Shown here: positions 26,774 through 41,730 of the stretch, piece by piece | How positions within the stretch are numbered: position 1 is the stretch's first letter | Layout: the number at the start of each line of letters is the position of its first letter | DNA from: Octopus vulgaris | Lineage: Eukaryota | Direction of reading: 5' to 3' | Assembly (NCBI GenBank): GCA_951406725.2 | Contig: OX597824.1 | Location: 43,524,001 to 43,588,000 of the forward strand | Length of the DNA stretch: 64,000 nucleotides | The notes under the pieces: model-generated | Databases searched by the model: none | Seen by the model: the letters and a program-made list of their open reading frames with translations, nothing else | Told to the model about the DNA's origin: nothing | Program-made: the position numbers and the translations under genes

Positions 26774-28152
26774 CTGATAGTATCGTTTGTGGCGACTATA
26801 TTGATATTTAGTATACACTTGTCATTTTCGTCCGAGAAAAATTATGGAAAGTCTTATGTGCTATTTTGTGGTATTTGTGTATTACTAAAAGTTCCTTGGT
26901 ATTTTCGCAATGTAATTTTGTAAGAGTTTGTACAACTAACACATAATTCTTTCTTCATATAGTTGAATTTTGGTAACGAAGCCTATGCAGAACAGCACAC
27001 GTTATTGTGCTTATAAGTATATTTTGTTGCAGCTAATGTGAACATTTTTCTTTATAGAAGAGAGAAACTACAATGAAGGGCTCTCTACATTATACTTCAG
27101 ATAATTCATAGCAAAAGATGACTAATTGTATGACTTGCGTTGTTGTTCTTAACCTTAATGTTGTTCTAGAATGATGAACAATAATATGCATGGACACTGA
27201 TAGCTCTACTACTGTATTTGGTCGCCATTATTTCAGGAGGTTTTTTTTTTCTGCATGGTACAATATACAGTTATTTTCGTTTCGCCTTGTTAAGTTTTCT
27301 ATTTTCCTTCCTGAAATTATTTTCGTATCAGTTTTGATGATGTTATATAATTAATCTATTCTTTGCATAGCAAAAATCTAAATCTGCTTTCACCTTCTCT
27401 CCGTCTCTAACACTATAACGGTTTTGTTTCTTTAGGGTACGTCTGCTGGTCGATAGCCAAACACAGGGAAACAGATAGAAAAAGCTATTACTTCATCTAA
27501 TTGACTTATTTTATGTTTTTGGCTATCACACAGATTACATTGATAGGTACCAGTTATATGTTCTTATTCATAGTGTCATTTTCGTTATTATAATCTGTTA
27601 TATTTCCTAATTTGATGACCGCAACACCGCTCTGTCATAATTTCTTTTCCTGTTCCAATCATGTTGCTCTCGGTGCAACTAACTCTTAATTCACATTAAT
27701 TACACTTTTAAGAATTGAATGGATCGTAAAACTCTTCCTTTTGTATATATTCTACACTCTTTGGGTTAATACGTTATGTCAGAGTTCATTCCAAACCGAA
27801 GTTTGGTATGGATGACTTATTCAACATTGTGTGGTACTTGCTATGGTTGTATAGTTAACTTTCTCCTGGCATCAATTTTTTAAAATTCGGTTTACTGAAG
27901 AGGGGTAATCTTATCGTTTTTTGTTGTTTTTCTTGTTGAAGCTGTCATTAACGATATCAATTTTAAATCCCACTTTCCTCTTTATTCCCTCTTTCCCTTG
28001 ATTGATAAATTAAATACCGGTAATGTACTCGGTCCAATTCACTTGATTAATCTCTCTCCTACCTGATCCGAGTGGTTTGTGCGTAAGAATCACTCTCTCC
28101 TCATCATTATTATCATCATTATCAATATTATCAGCAACGGCAGCAGCAGTAA

Positions 28153-28233
<81 letters not shown>

Positions 28234-28449
28234 CAGCAGCAGCAGCAGTATTATTAGTAAGAGTAACAGCGGCAATGCTATTACTACTGCCACCTCTACT
28301 TCTACTAAAACCTAGTTTGTTTGTTTGCTGATTTGATTGTTTACTTGTTAAGTATTCAGTTCTCTGAGATGGCCTACATTGAACTACAGGAAAGCCTAGC
28401 ATTCAAAGTGTCATTGATCGTCGCTTGTTGAAAGTAACCGACGTATTTC

Positions 28450-28515
<66 letters not shown>

Positions 28516-29058
28516 CGGCAGCATAAGAACAGGAAGAGGAGAAACATATGGATTTTATTTCACAAGCAGTTTGTTTGAGAAGACGACAGATTTATTCTTA
28601 GCGGGGAAAAAGAAACTGGAGGAGACGATCTTTAAATTGTTGAGGTGTATGTATTGTGGAAGTGCCGTGAGACGAAGTGAAGACTAAAATTTAATGGGGC
28701 AGAAATCGTATTTTTATATATAATTTCTCATTCGACACAGTCAGTCAAGACAGCGAGAGACAGGCTTTATGATTACTTAGCCTACTGGTAATAGCGACTG
28801 AGCCTCCTTCGATTCACATCATGTCTTTTAAAAAAGATGTGAGTGAAAGGATAAATTATCTTATGTACTCGTAGGAACCTCTCCCTCAACTAGATACTCC
28901 TAAAAACGCGATGGGCACGAATGGTGTGTCTTTGTATAGGGATACTTGATTAATGCTGACATGAATCTAAATGACAATAACCTTTCGACTGTATCAAATG
29001 AACTGCCTTCGAGCCTAGGAACAAGCCATTGAGTGGTTGCTTTATACATATATATACA

Positions 29059-29423
29059 CTAGCACTATGACCCGGCAACGCCGGGTCATAGTGCTAGTGC
29101 ATATACAGCTGCGTGCGTGCGCACATACACGCGAGTACTGTCCAAATTTCCAACCAATCACATAGAGCTAGCTGGCATTCAATTGCCGTATCAAGTTTCG
29201 GGCATTTTTATTGGGTTTTGGATACAAAAAAGTCACTCCTATTGATTTTGTAATGGCTTTGCGGGGTGACTGGGGAAATGTAAAGATGTGCACGACCACC
29301 CTTGGACAGTTTTGAATGACCATAGAAAGTGCGAGCCCTCTAACTGAAAAATTATAGATTTGTATAAAGGACACACACACACACACACAGAGGCAGACAT
29401 TTTGCCGTTTATATATAGAGAGA
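29059..29423 (-). mobile_element. Non-autonomous Helitron
   Basis: Minus strand A|TCTCTCTATATATAAACGGC...GC-rich hairpin...CTAG|T: 5'-TC, 3'-CTAG, A/T insertion site and a subterminal hairpin. Confidence 0.85.
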
Positions 29424-29595
29424 TATACGAGGCTAAATCTTCACAAATCGTTACTCCAAGTTTCTCGCTGCCGATCCTCAGACGATTATGATGTGTTTAC
29501 ACACACATCGGCACATACACATACACGTACATACATATATACGCACACACCACGCGCGCGCGCACATACACACACACACACATATGGTAACATGT

Positions 29596-29975
29596 ATAAA
29601 TTACAGGATTGCGAAAGTTTGTGCTACTTTCGGGAAACTCAAGATGCGAGTTCTGGTCAGATCGGGCAGTCACAAGAGACACGATGCTCGCTGTGTATGA
29701 AACCTGTGTTAAACCCAGTTATATGGATGCGAAACCTTTCCAGCTTACAGTTGGAAAGGTTCAATTAGCATTGTACCCAGCATATCTTGAACACAAAGTG
29801 GTCCTCTTACACACCTGATATCAGTATAATTGAGAAAGCTAGCAGCACCACTATTGAGGAAGGGATAATTTTGAACCAAATGCGCTGGGCTTATCATGTC
29901 ATCAGCTGCCCATGTAGATATTTTATGGGGAGCTAACCAAGGGGAAAAGGCCTCAGCATATTATCCAACGGTTTG
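29596..29975 (+). mobile_element. Degenerate RTE-clade LINE fragment
   Basis: ATFGKL...WSDRAVTRDTMLAVY...LERFN...ILNTKW...IIEKAS..TIE...NQMRWAYHVI. Confidence 0.7.
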
Positions 29976-30408
29976 TACTTTAAGTCCATGGAATGTGGAA
30001 ATATTTCCATTGATGAAGGACACAAAACACTTTAATCTTTCACCAATAAAGGAATCTGATCGAAACATTATAAAATTATCATCCCAAAATAAACATTAAG
30101 AAGCTCAGACATTTGCTGAATGCATTTGTCATATCTAAAATAAACGGGGTTATTCATCCAAATCATGAGTTTAATGCTCTTCTCAATCCGTTGATCCCTA
30201 TAGTTAACCAAAATTTGTATTGAGCCAATCTGCTTAGATGTACAGTCGGTGCAAAGGAGATTAAACGAATTCGGATACGTAATCCAGTTTAACTAAGAGG
30301 TATTACACACACACACACACACACACATACTCATACCCACGTGCGTGTGTATGTAGACAACTTTATGATTTTGCTTAAAAAAGAATAAGTGCTCCACACA
30401 TGATGTAC

Positions 30409-30451
<43 letters not shown>

Positions 30452-30457
30452 ATGTGT

Positions 30458-30516
<59 letters not shown>

Positions 30517-30585
30517 GAGGTCATCCCTATTTAGTTTAAGCAATTTTAGGTTAAATTCTCTGACTTGCACACACACATATTATGA

Positions 30586-30850
30586 AGGCGCGTGGCATAG
30601 TGGTTAAGGTATTGCATTCACGATTGTTGGATCGTGGATTTGATCGTGGGCAAAGCACTTCATTTCACGTCATTCCAGTCCACTCAGCTGCAAGAAGGTG
30701 GCCCTGTGACGGATTGGCTTTCCGATTAGAGGGAGTGCTGGTCTGCTCGCCCAGCCAGTGGGGTGGTATTATTCTAAGCCTAAAATCATACAAGACGGAT
30801 TGTGATCAGGGATGTATAACATCCGACGGTCTGGTCGATCATGTGATCAC
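30586..30850 (+). mobile_element. tRNA-derived SINE with a family A head
   Basis: AAGGCGCGTGGCATAGTGGTTAAGG...CATTTCACGTCATTCCAGTCCACTCAGCTG. Confidence 0.7.
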
Positions 30851-31130
30851 CTGATATACACACACATATATATATATATACACATATATATTTATTCTAC
30901 ATATACATATATATATATATATATATATCAGTATATACATATATATATGTGTATATTGATTTTGATTTTGATTTTTCCAGTTTCAGCTAATGAGCTGTGG
31001 CCATGCTGGGGCACCGCCATTTGGTTTGCTACACGGGTTTACCTCACGGATGCTTTTTAGCAAATGCCATCTGATGCATGAGAGAGTTCGATGCAGCTGC
31101 CCTCATCTGCACCTCCTGCCGTGACGTTGG

Positions 31131-31214
<84 letters not shown>

Positions 31215-31247
31215 TATATATATATATTAATGATTACATAAAACTAA

Positions 31248-31278
<31 letters not shown>

Positions 31279-32281
31279 GTGTACATATATTTATGCACAC
31301 GCACACTCATATATATATGTGACTGTGTTTGGCATTATACATATATATATCTCTGTACGTGATGGTGTATATATATGTATACATTATGTGTGTGCGCGCG
31401 TGAGTGTGCGTGTGTGTGTGTATCTGTCAGGCCTTCTCATACTTTCCGTCTAACAAATTTTTTTCTCAATCCTTTAGTCCACCAAATTTCACTCATGGGG
31501 CTCTAATGGAAGAGATTTAACTAAAATGCTATACTTGTGCGTTCAGAAGCATGACCACATAATTTCGAAGCTAGCTTTTTAACCTCATAACTATGCCTGT
31601 GTGAATATGGATTTAACTCTCATAATTCTGCAATCAACAACTGTGCTCTCGTATAAATCATTAGGAAAATGGACCTTTAAACTGGAATTGAATTCTCCAG
31701 AACAAAGAGTGGACGTTTCAATGAAGCTAAACTATAGATGATATTTGAAGGAAATACACAGACCTATAAGCACAAAAGAAAGACAATGATTTTTCAACGT
31801 GGTAGAATGCCACATATTTAGGAGAGAAGGAAAAAGTTTATTCTAATGTTACACCACCAAGAACACAAAATAGAACTGGATAGGGAACACTAGTTGAAGA
31901 TACAACCATCCGATATAGAACTCCACAAAAATTTAGAATAGCAATGGAAACATTATAAGGAAAGTTTAATGGGGCTAATGGTCAAAATTTTAAATCTAGT
32001 GATGATTGTGTCTTCAGTAACAATATCATTTCCATTATCCTTGCTGCCTGCTATAAAAAGACAACAATGATTAATATCAATGATAACAATATTTTCCAGG
32101 AGGTAACACCGAAAATGTCTTAAAACGTTTATACATTTAAGAAAGTTATTTCTTGCGAACTAAACTGAGTATTAACATGAAGTATGAGAAAAACCTTAAC
32201 AAAAAACGATCGTATTTACAAAAATAAAGCATGTATGAATGGGAACTATTCCTAAAAGACAGACAGACAGACAGACAGACC

Positions 32282-32415
<134 letters not shown>

Positions 32416-33639
32416 CATACATATATACACATATATAAATATATATATACATATACATAGTTATGTTTATATATAGCCGAAATTGCGGGGATGTTAGCAA
32501 AGACATGCGCAGAGATATATATCACAATAGTTTTCTTTCTTTTCTTTTTCAATATATTTTTATGTATCGGATACAGATACCCAAAATAAAATGGAACTAG
32601 TTTAAACTATCTTAGGCGTTCGAAATACGCTAAAGAAAACAAATATCAGTGCCAATTTACCCTTGACGTGGTATTATGTTTTGATTGTTAGTTCCCTCTC
32701 ATTAGTGACAGGAGTTGCATAAAAATATATAGTTTTTTAAATACAACTTCCGGTTATAGGGTACATCGAGTGGTAGTAATAACGTTGTTATCATACCAAC
32801 TGCTGTTGTCGCTTCGCTATTGATTCATCCGAAAAAGACGCATTGAATTTATATATGCACGTTACTTATGCACAAAACGTTTTATATAATGTGCGTGCTC
32901 TGCCGGTTTAAAAGCTATGAGTATTATACACAGTCGTTTGAACCGTGGAAATTATACATATTCATATTTCTGTTTTGATACATAATCTATATCTTTTCTT
33001 GATATTGTTTCATTATATTAAAGATGTGAATTATATCTTCGATAAGATTTCGATTGTCTTGGTTTCGTCCCATAGGTCAGATTGTTGAAAGAGTAACCGA
33101 AAATATGTCACGATAAACAATAATATCATAGGTTGGTGCGCACACACACACACACGCGTGCGCGCGCTTGTACATATCTTTATGCAATACATACTCTAAA
33201 GTAAAACTATACGCATATCTACTATATATGTGGATATGCCCTCAAAATACACTTGGAAGTATGAATATTGATATTAGAATAAATATGAATAATAGAGACT
33301 CAGTTCCTATTCTCACCAGATAAATAAAATGTTTCTCTTTCTCTAAATTTTTCCTTTGTGTTTTTACTGTTTTCTTTTTTTTTTCTTTTTGCAAATACTA
33401 TTTACGTTTTTGACTTGTTTTTGCCAATACTATTCGCGTTTTATACCTGTTAAGTGAGGAATGACATCATGCTGGACTAAAAGCTATTTACGTGTTCTGA
33501 GCTCAAATCTCACCTAGTCGATAAAATAATTACCAAAGAAAAAGCTAGATATAGCAACATATCTTTCATATCACATCCTATGGCCTTTAAAGAAAAGGAC
33601 ACATTGGTTACTACAGGCAAAGATGTAAAACTGTATCCT

Positions 33640-33900
33640 TATGTGTTGCGACGGTGAGTGTTCACTTGTTCGATTAGCTGAATTACCCCTACGCATTGAG
33701 TGTAAGTGGTTGAATATTCCAAAACACCCCAAACGTAATCCTTTCGCAGAATCAGTGTGTGTGACCTTTGAATTACATAAAAGCTTGGATCGAACTGTGG
33801 CTATGGTAAAAAAAAAAACAAAAAAAACACTTGCCCGGGATGTCACGCAGGCGGATCATACTCGAGACTTCGTGGTTTCACAACGGCCTTCTTAAACCAT
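33640..33900 (-). mobile_element. Degenerate SINE family A
   Basis: Similar to 21256-21550 (AAGTGGTTGAATATTCC...CCTTTGAATTACA...). Confidence 0.55.
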
Positions 33901-34502
33901 TTGGATATTTAGAAAATAAAACGGCATATCACGATCGAAATGATATGCCATATTGATCAAACTCGGTCCTGCTTGATCAGAGTTGATTATCTGAGCTTAA
34001 ACAGCAATAACAATCTATAAATACCAGTAATGTACTAGAATCGAGTCAAACGACTATCTCAGTTTATTAGAAATGTATGGCGTAGTACTAATGTAAGAAA
34101 TCAATAATTCCTATCAACTAAAAACTGATCATAAAGAAAAGTAACAAAAATATGAAAAAGGAAACGCTACAATACAGTAAAAATCAATAATAAAAGATAC
34201 AAAACGTAAAGTAAAATACAAATATATAAAGCATTTAAAACAGTGAAAAAAAAGTTAACAAATTACATTTGTTGCTAAGTGACGAAAATGCTTTATGTGC
34301 GGTAGTGGTGGGGGACAACAATAACAACAAGATACTACTACATACTTGCCTCATTAATACACTATAGCATTAAACATAGAAGATCAAAAACGAACACACG
34401 CGCATACATTCGTGCACACATACGCACACACAGAGAGAGAAAAACACCTATGTATTCGTATATTCAAATATACATATGCACATATGTACATAAACATAAA
34501 GA

Positions 34503-34548
<46 letters not shown>

Positions 34549-34817
34549 AAGACATAAATATGTTCCTACCCATATCCACACATACAAATGCACATACACA
34601 ATGTGTAGATTCATCTGAAAATGCTCTAGTAAGGTCTCTTGGGTATTAGCGTTCGATCTTGGACAATTTCCCTCAACTCTTATTAATATCATTACAGGCT
34701 GTTAGTTCTAACGTCTGCACTCCCATCTACATAAACACCAACCAATCACGTAAAAGAAAGATACACAATTTATAGCATATTTTCTACTTATTGTTTTGAT
34801 TGTATTTTATCATTATC

Positions 34818-34898
<81 letters not shown>

Positions 34899-36739
34899 TG
34901 TTGTTGTTGTAGCAGCAGCAGCAGGTTTATTGTTTTCTTGAGCCATTTAGAATATCGAACATTCATGTGAAGGTTTAGCATTACGGGCTGTTAACTTTGG
35001 TATCAGTACTCCACCACTACCATCCCACTTACGCCGACAACTTAACGACCCATCACAAACAATAACAAAGAATTCTATCATCATCAGCTACTACTGTACC
35101 ATTCACAGATGACGTTTTTATATTCATTAGTCCATAGTGTCTTTATTAGCTAAAATACCAAATCTTTGTTTAGTTTCACCATTTCGCGGCTGCTGATATC
35201 AAATGTCACTCTTTCATTTCTATTTTTCTTTGTCCACTCTTCATATACCCAACCCATTACCTTCAATGAGTGATTTGGTACGCCTTCCTCTTTACTTTTT
35301 TTCTTCCTACTTTTGTCTTCCACTCTCGAATTACATCTATATATCTACATATTTATATATCAATTTATTCCTCTGTCCTCTATCTGTTGAAAATGCGGGA
35401 AGGATTTGAACTCAGAACGTAAAAAGGCTGTAACGTACCAATCTACCAAGTCTTTCGTATATCTGTGTTTGTTTTACCATGTCCGTCTGTTTGTCGGTAT
35501 CTAATTATTCATTCATGTTGGCTTTACATTGCAGACATCACGACCCATTAAATATAGACGTTGATACTGCTATCGGCCTCCTTACCCAAATGTTAACCAT
35601 CATTCTCATTGTTTTCATCATCGCCGTAATGTCGTAGTTGTCGTCGTTCACCTCTCCGACCTTTTTCTCACATTATAAATGCTGTGAAGTCATGAATTTC
35701 CTTACCGTAGTTCGATTTCATTATTAGCTAAATTGTATACCTAACCCATCGACCGATTTTAATATTAACACCAAGCTTTAAATGATTTAATTCTGTTGCG
35801 GTCATTCAGATCAGCTCTCCACCCAGTGACTCCTTTCAAAATACCATTGTTCGTTTGAAAGTAGATGTAGAAGTGCTTCGCCAGCAGAACTTTCTGCCTA
35901 ATACAAAAGGAACCTGGACTCGTGAACAAGGACTTGGAAAACTATCCTATTTGTTGAAAGGCCCACGCTCTGCGACTACTTCCAATTGAGCTACTTAACT
36001 GGCCAGTAGAAACCCATAAGCCATGGTCACTTCCTCCTTTCTTCATTGCCAGTCTTAGAGATCCTGCAATAGTTATGAGCGTTGCTCGTTCTTTGGTTGA
36101 ACCATGCAAAAACAAAGAAAAATACGTGAACTATCTATGTTTTAAATGGCAGAATTGAGGATTCTATGTAAATTCATAGAAGACATCTGAGGATATACGT
36201 ATTTGTTATTCTATTTATTTCTAATGTAGCACACAAAAACTTGTGAGATAAGCCCGCATATAGTTCTATATAATTCCCAATGACTTAGCAAATAGAGCTC
36301 GAACCTAATGATTGATGTCGAATGAAGCAACATGTTCTTTCAAAGTCCAAGCATAGCTGCAATTCTCTTTCCTAAATTTCTGAAGAAAAATGTGTTAATC
36401 AAGTAACTTTATTTCAATTTGTTTCCTATATCTACATAGTGTAAGGCAGAGTGTTGATATTTGGTTTGACGAAGATGGCTGAAGACTAGTAGATAATTAC
36501 TTCAGCGTTGCATATCTGATTAAAGGGTATACATTAATGTTTTTGCATATGCATTTGGCCCCGATTTATTTAGTTGGTTTAGTTACTATTCAGTTTTTCG
36601 TGTACGTGACGCAGCTTTTATTCAATTTTAGGCTATTTATACAGAATAATTTCCTGTATCGGTGATTAATGAGAAAGTAAATTTTAGCTATATTAAGCGT
36701 GACATTTAAGAAAATAGATGTGAAAAACATAATATTGGC

Positions 36740-36945
36740 TTCAGATTTTGGCACAAACCCAGCGGTTTCGAGGGAGGGCTATGTCGATTAGATTGACCCC
36801 CAGTGTTCAGCTTATTTTATCGACCCCGAAAGGATTAAACGCGAAGTTGAGCCGGCGGCATTTGAACTCAGAATGTAAAGATGGTCGAAATGCCGCTAAG
36901 CATTTTTCCTGGTGAGCTAACATTTCTACCAGTTCGCCGCCTTAC
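36740..36945 (-). mobile_element. SINE family C
   Basis: Reverse complement AAGGCGGCGAACTGGTAGAAATGTTAGC...GAGTTCAAATGCCGCCG...GGGGTCGATAAAATAAG. Confidence 0.8.
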
Positions 36946-37434
36946 ATGAATCACATAAATTTACAACAAAGAACCTTCCGCTTATGTCAAAAGAATCTGT
37001 GAAGTTTGTTCTGTTAATTCAAACAGAATATTGGTCGAAGGTACTAACATGCATAATGATGTTTATGTCATTGTCATCCCTGTTAAATATTTTTGCGAAT
37101 TCTAGAGTACTAATCTCTAGAGATTTCGAGACTTGGGGCTACAATTCGACCATACCGAACTGGATTTTTTTAATTATTAATGTTATTTGTAACAAGTGTA
37201 TACAGAAGGTTAATTATCTTTCCAAACTTAACTATTTATACTTATTGACAATTTATTACTTATTAATTTGATTTTGATTTAAGCAAGATTTATTGAACTA
37301 CATTTAAATTTACCAGTAAAATTCTCTTAATGATCTCCTTGAGGATGAAATGTGTTTCGTATTTAGCTAAAAATTCTCATATACTATGTGTAAATATATA
37401 CATACATTGCATGTGCGTGTGTGTATAATTCTTT

Positions 37435-37620
37435 TCTATTTTTATTCTTTTACTTGTATCAGTCATTAGACAGCGACCAAGCTGGGGCACCGCGTTCAAG
37501 GATTTAATCAAACAAATTGACCCCAATATTTATTCTAGCAGTCTCTCTATGCAGAACCGCTACTTATGGGCACGTAAACAAACCAACACCTGTGGAACTA
37601 ATACACACACACACACACAA
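37435..37620 (-). mobile_element. SINE family B, 3' half (degenerate)
   Basis: TTTTACTTGTATCAGTCATTAGACAGCGACCAAGCTGGGGCACC matches the family B tail. Confidence 0.7.
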
Positions 37621-37624
37621 TATA

Positions 37625-37676
<52 letters not shown>

Positions 37677-38767
37677 CTACTAATATAGGATGAAGTTTTT
37701 TTACAGAAAAAAATTTCATCAAAAAATTGGCAGCATATTAAAATACCTTTAAAGGCTAAAATTATAAACAACTTATAAACAAGGGCATATTCTCTCAAAA
37801 AGTAGCTATACAAAATCATTGCTAAATGAAATCAAATGATAAGAATAAGATATAAGGTCATAATCAAACGGAAACATTTAAAAATTTTGCTTTGTCGCTT
37901 TTTTATGTTTATTTTTGAAGCAATGATTTAAATGCAAATCAAACAGCAAAATAGAGGTAACATGATTGCCACGAAGGTCAATATCGATCAATGAAAACAA
38001 TATTTTAAACGTTTGTCTCTAAACACAAAGCTTAGTTCTTTTTACACCCAAAGCAGTAAATTGGCACCGTCATTGGAGCGTCGTAGAATTGACATAGTCT
38101 TTAGAGATTTGGCTGTCTAATCATACTGAAGTTAATTTTCAATGCCTCCAGGCCGGTAGATAAAATCCAATCCATAGCCGTTAACTGGCAGAATTGTTTG
38201 AGAATCGAACGGAATACTTCTAGTATCTGTTCCTGCTCTTTGCGTTCTAATAATAGTACCTGTAACTTAAATGACAAGTTGCGTCAGCTTTGATCTTTCT
38301 CTTAGAGAGATAGCAATCAAATCTACCTAAAAGAACACTCCTACAGTTTTAGAAAAAGGACATATTCGATAATGTGGCCCTAAATTACTTGCACATTAGG
38401 AGAAGATGAAATGGTCGAACCTCGAATGCTTTTGATCAGAAGCTTGCGTGATCAGAGCTAAACTGAGGTTAAACAACAACAACAACAACAACAAAAACAA
38501 CAGGAAGACCAACAAGAAGTACTTTCTTATCAGCTCTCATTATATGACAAAATAATACATAAATACACTCATACATACTCTTTAATTGCTTCGGTCTTTG
38601 GACTGCAGCCGTACTGAAGTACTAACTTCAAGGGTCTTAGTCGAAGGAATCGAACCCAGTAATTTTTGAGTACTTTTTAATTTATTCTATCAGTCTGGTT
38701 TTGCTGAAGCCCTAAGTTACAGGGATATAACAAGCCAGTAAAACACACACGTGCGCGCGTGCATATA

Positions 38768-38831
<64 letters not shown>

Positions 38832-38890
38832 TATGATTGGATACGCTCGCTTGGTGCATGACAATTAAACCATTCAGGTTTCGGCTCAAA

Positions 38891-39117
38891 TGTTAATCGC
38901 GTTAAACTCCCACCATCTCTTAAACGCACACGTCGTCCGTATTAGAGGGCATGAGCTATGACGTAATACAGAGCACAACAATAATAAGAGAACAGGTTAT
39001 GGGTATTGACTTAGTACTCTTTTATTCCATGTTGCGAATGTTTCAGTATTCAGCAATACATACGTCACACTATACTTAGTATGACGTAGATACACCGGCC
39101 AGCGTGGTAAGCCAACA
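38891..39117 (-). mobile_element. Probable LTR followed by a degenerate tRNA-Phe-type PBS (38874-38890)
   Basis: TGTT...AACA termini and an internal AATAAA on the minus strand, immediately followed by TTTGAGCCGAAACCTGA, which resembles TGGTGCCGAAACCCGGGA. Confidence 0.55.
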
Positions 39118-39184
39118 CACACACAGACACACACATACACACACACACACACACATACACACACATACTCACACATATATACAT

Positions 39185-39355
39185 GATGTGCTTCTTTCCC
39201 TTTTTATCAAGCTAATCTACTCACAAGGCATTGGTCGGCCCTAGTGACTATACTAGAAGACACTTGCTCAAGATATCACGCAATAGAAATGAACCCCGAA
39301 ACATGTGATCGGGAAACAAAAACGAAACTTCTTAGCCCACAGCCACCGCTGCGCA
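39185..39355 (-). mobile_element. SINE family B, 5' half
   Basis: Reverse complement GCGCAGCGGTGGCTGTGG..AAG...CTTGAGCAAGTGTCTTCTAG..GGCCGACCAATGCCTTGTGAGT. Confidence 0.7.
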
Positions 39356-39438
39356 TAAACTTGTGCACGCGCACACACCCACACATACACACATAATACA
39401 CATTTTATGTACTATATTACGCATAGAAGGATATTACA

Positions 39439-40264
39439 CAGAGTGTTTCGGCTAAATTTGACTTTTTTACATAAGAGGAAAAGATAATATTTCATCCAAA
39501 AATGAAAGTATTAAAAAAATCACAAAATATAACCTAGATTATAGCTAGGAGATAACAGTAGCTACTCTCAGCTTCGACACGGCCTCAAGACGGCGCCGAA
39601 ACCAGGCTCACGAGTTACTCACTATGTGCCTGGAAGATGTTTTGGTACCTCCTTGGTGTTGGCCACTAGCTTGACTTTGCAGACAAAGCGGTTGATGCCT
39701 TTCTCAACTTCTCCCCACACATAGTAATCCTTGGGGTTACAATGGAGAGGAATTACGAAGTCAGAAATTAAGGGTGACAAAGTCGTAGAAATTCTCTGAC
39801 AACCACTTCTAACTCTTTCTGGAGGTCGGGCATGGAGCCGAATCCTACTACTGCACATGTGGCCTTCCAGCAGCAACTCTCTCCAATCAGGGTATGACGA
39901 CAATTTCCATCAGCTTCACACAGACGTCAGAATTAAGCCTGACGCAGTAAGGACTCAAGTTGTGTCCTTTTCTGTGGGTCACGGCTTCATAGAATCCGTT
40001 GCAGCTGTGCATTACACGTCTTACAGTCTTTACAGTGTTCACAGAGCCAAGGTATCGGCATTTTCATAACCGACACGAATCAGATAGATAAAGATATTTC
40101 TTTTCCAACACTTAGATAGCTTTCAGTCAGCTAACTTTTTCTCAACTACAACTTTAATCTATCTACGCTCCAACGCATTTGACTGTTCTTCAGTACATCA
40201 ACTAGTCCCTGAAAAAGAAAGCAGCATTTAAAAACAAATCATTAAATATAACTCGAAAGCTCTG
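39439..40264 (-). mobile_element. Second DD37D-like Tc1/mariner relic
   Basis: DSAPC..SRKS*KWLSENFYDF...CNPKDYYVWGEVE...RRLEAV; weak TIRs CAGAGTGTTTCGG / CGAAAGCTCTG. Confidence 0.7.
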
Positions 40265-40622
40265 TATGTATACTGTTATACATAATGCAGGGATCTGAAC
40301 ACCAACTGGTAATTTAAGTTATCGGCTCCCGGCGTCATTTAAAATGTAGTGAAAAGGAACGTAACTCACTACGATGTGACATTTTGTTAACTGATCTACC
40401 GATTCTGTCAATGACTTAATGGACTAATACATTATAGAAGAAATAAAAATGATAGAAAAAGAACGAGAAGTGGTGGCGAAAAGAAGAGATATACGAGGGT
40501 GGGGTAGGAGGGAGGTAGAACATCAAGTTAAATGGTGAACATAAGTTACAGACATTTCTAAAGCACTCACAGATTCAATATATCATACAGGAAAGTCATG
40601 CTAGAGTTATGTACTCAACCAG

Positions 40623-40661
<39 letters not shown>

Positions 40662-40663
<2 letters not shown>

Positions 40664-40913
40664 GTTGCTATTATATTACACTGTCGTATTCCAGATTTTC
40701 CCAAATGCGTTTTTTTTAAGTATTTTTTTTTGCTTGCAATAGTCGGTAATTTTGGTCAAGTTATCGTATCTCCAGATGCTTCGGTTCCTAAGATATCAAA
40801 ACTTATCAAAGTGTAGTATAACGGTCTTGCTATGAAATGGTGAAACTATTTTTGCATTTTCTGAAAAAAAAGTAACGTTTTGGACTTACGACACTTTTGC
40901 ATAATAACAACGA
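40662..40913. mobile_element. MITE with ~32-bp imperfect TIRs and TA flanks
   Basis: CCGTTGCTATTAT...TGTCGTATTCCA versus the reverse complement of TGGACTTACGACAC...ATAATAACAACGA. Confidence 0.65.
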
Positions 40914-40930
40914 TATAACTATAAATATGA

Positions 40931-40961
<31 letters not shown>

Positions 40962-41219
40962 ATCTGATACGTTTGTAGGATTAATAAAAGCGAAATAAAA
41001 TAAATAATGGAAAAAGTGATTTTACTTTCCAAATGTACATATAATGCACATACTTATATATATTTTTTAGTTCATTTCTTTGAGTTTTATTATGACAACC
41101 AACTAATTGTCACATCTCATAATTGTAGATTAAATTCCTCTATTTACATATCGAGGTCTCATTCATTGTTTTGTTGTCATATTATTATTATTATTAATAT
41201 ATATATATATACACATATA

Positions 41220-41400
41220 CAGGTTTGTCCAAAAGTCACCTGACACTCAATCGAAGAATGAATTTATAAGCCTCTAAATATGAAAAATCAGGAAAATTGT
41301 TCAAACTGAAGTCCTCCTTGAGCGACACATTTTTCGAATCGAGTCAATACAGAATTTATGGAATTTTAATATACTGTCAGGTGACTTTCAGCCAACCCTG
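41220..41400. mobile_element. Tc1/mariner-type MITE (181 bp), TA TSD
   Basis: TIRs CAGGTTTGTCCAAAAGTCACCTGACA / TGTCAGGTGACTTTCAGCCAACCCTG. Confidence 0.85.
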
Positions 41401-41481
<81 letters not shown>

Positions 41482-41564
41482 TATATATATATTTGTATAT
41501 ATATATATTATATATATGTATGTATATATTTGTATATATGTATACTTATATATATGTGTGTATG

Positions 41565-41616
<52 letters not shown>

Positions 41617-41699
41617 CATGTATGTATGTATGTATATATAAAATATGCAGATATATATATATATATATATATATATGTATTTATAAATATATGCATACA

Positions 41700-41730
<31 letters not shown>

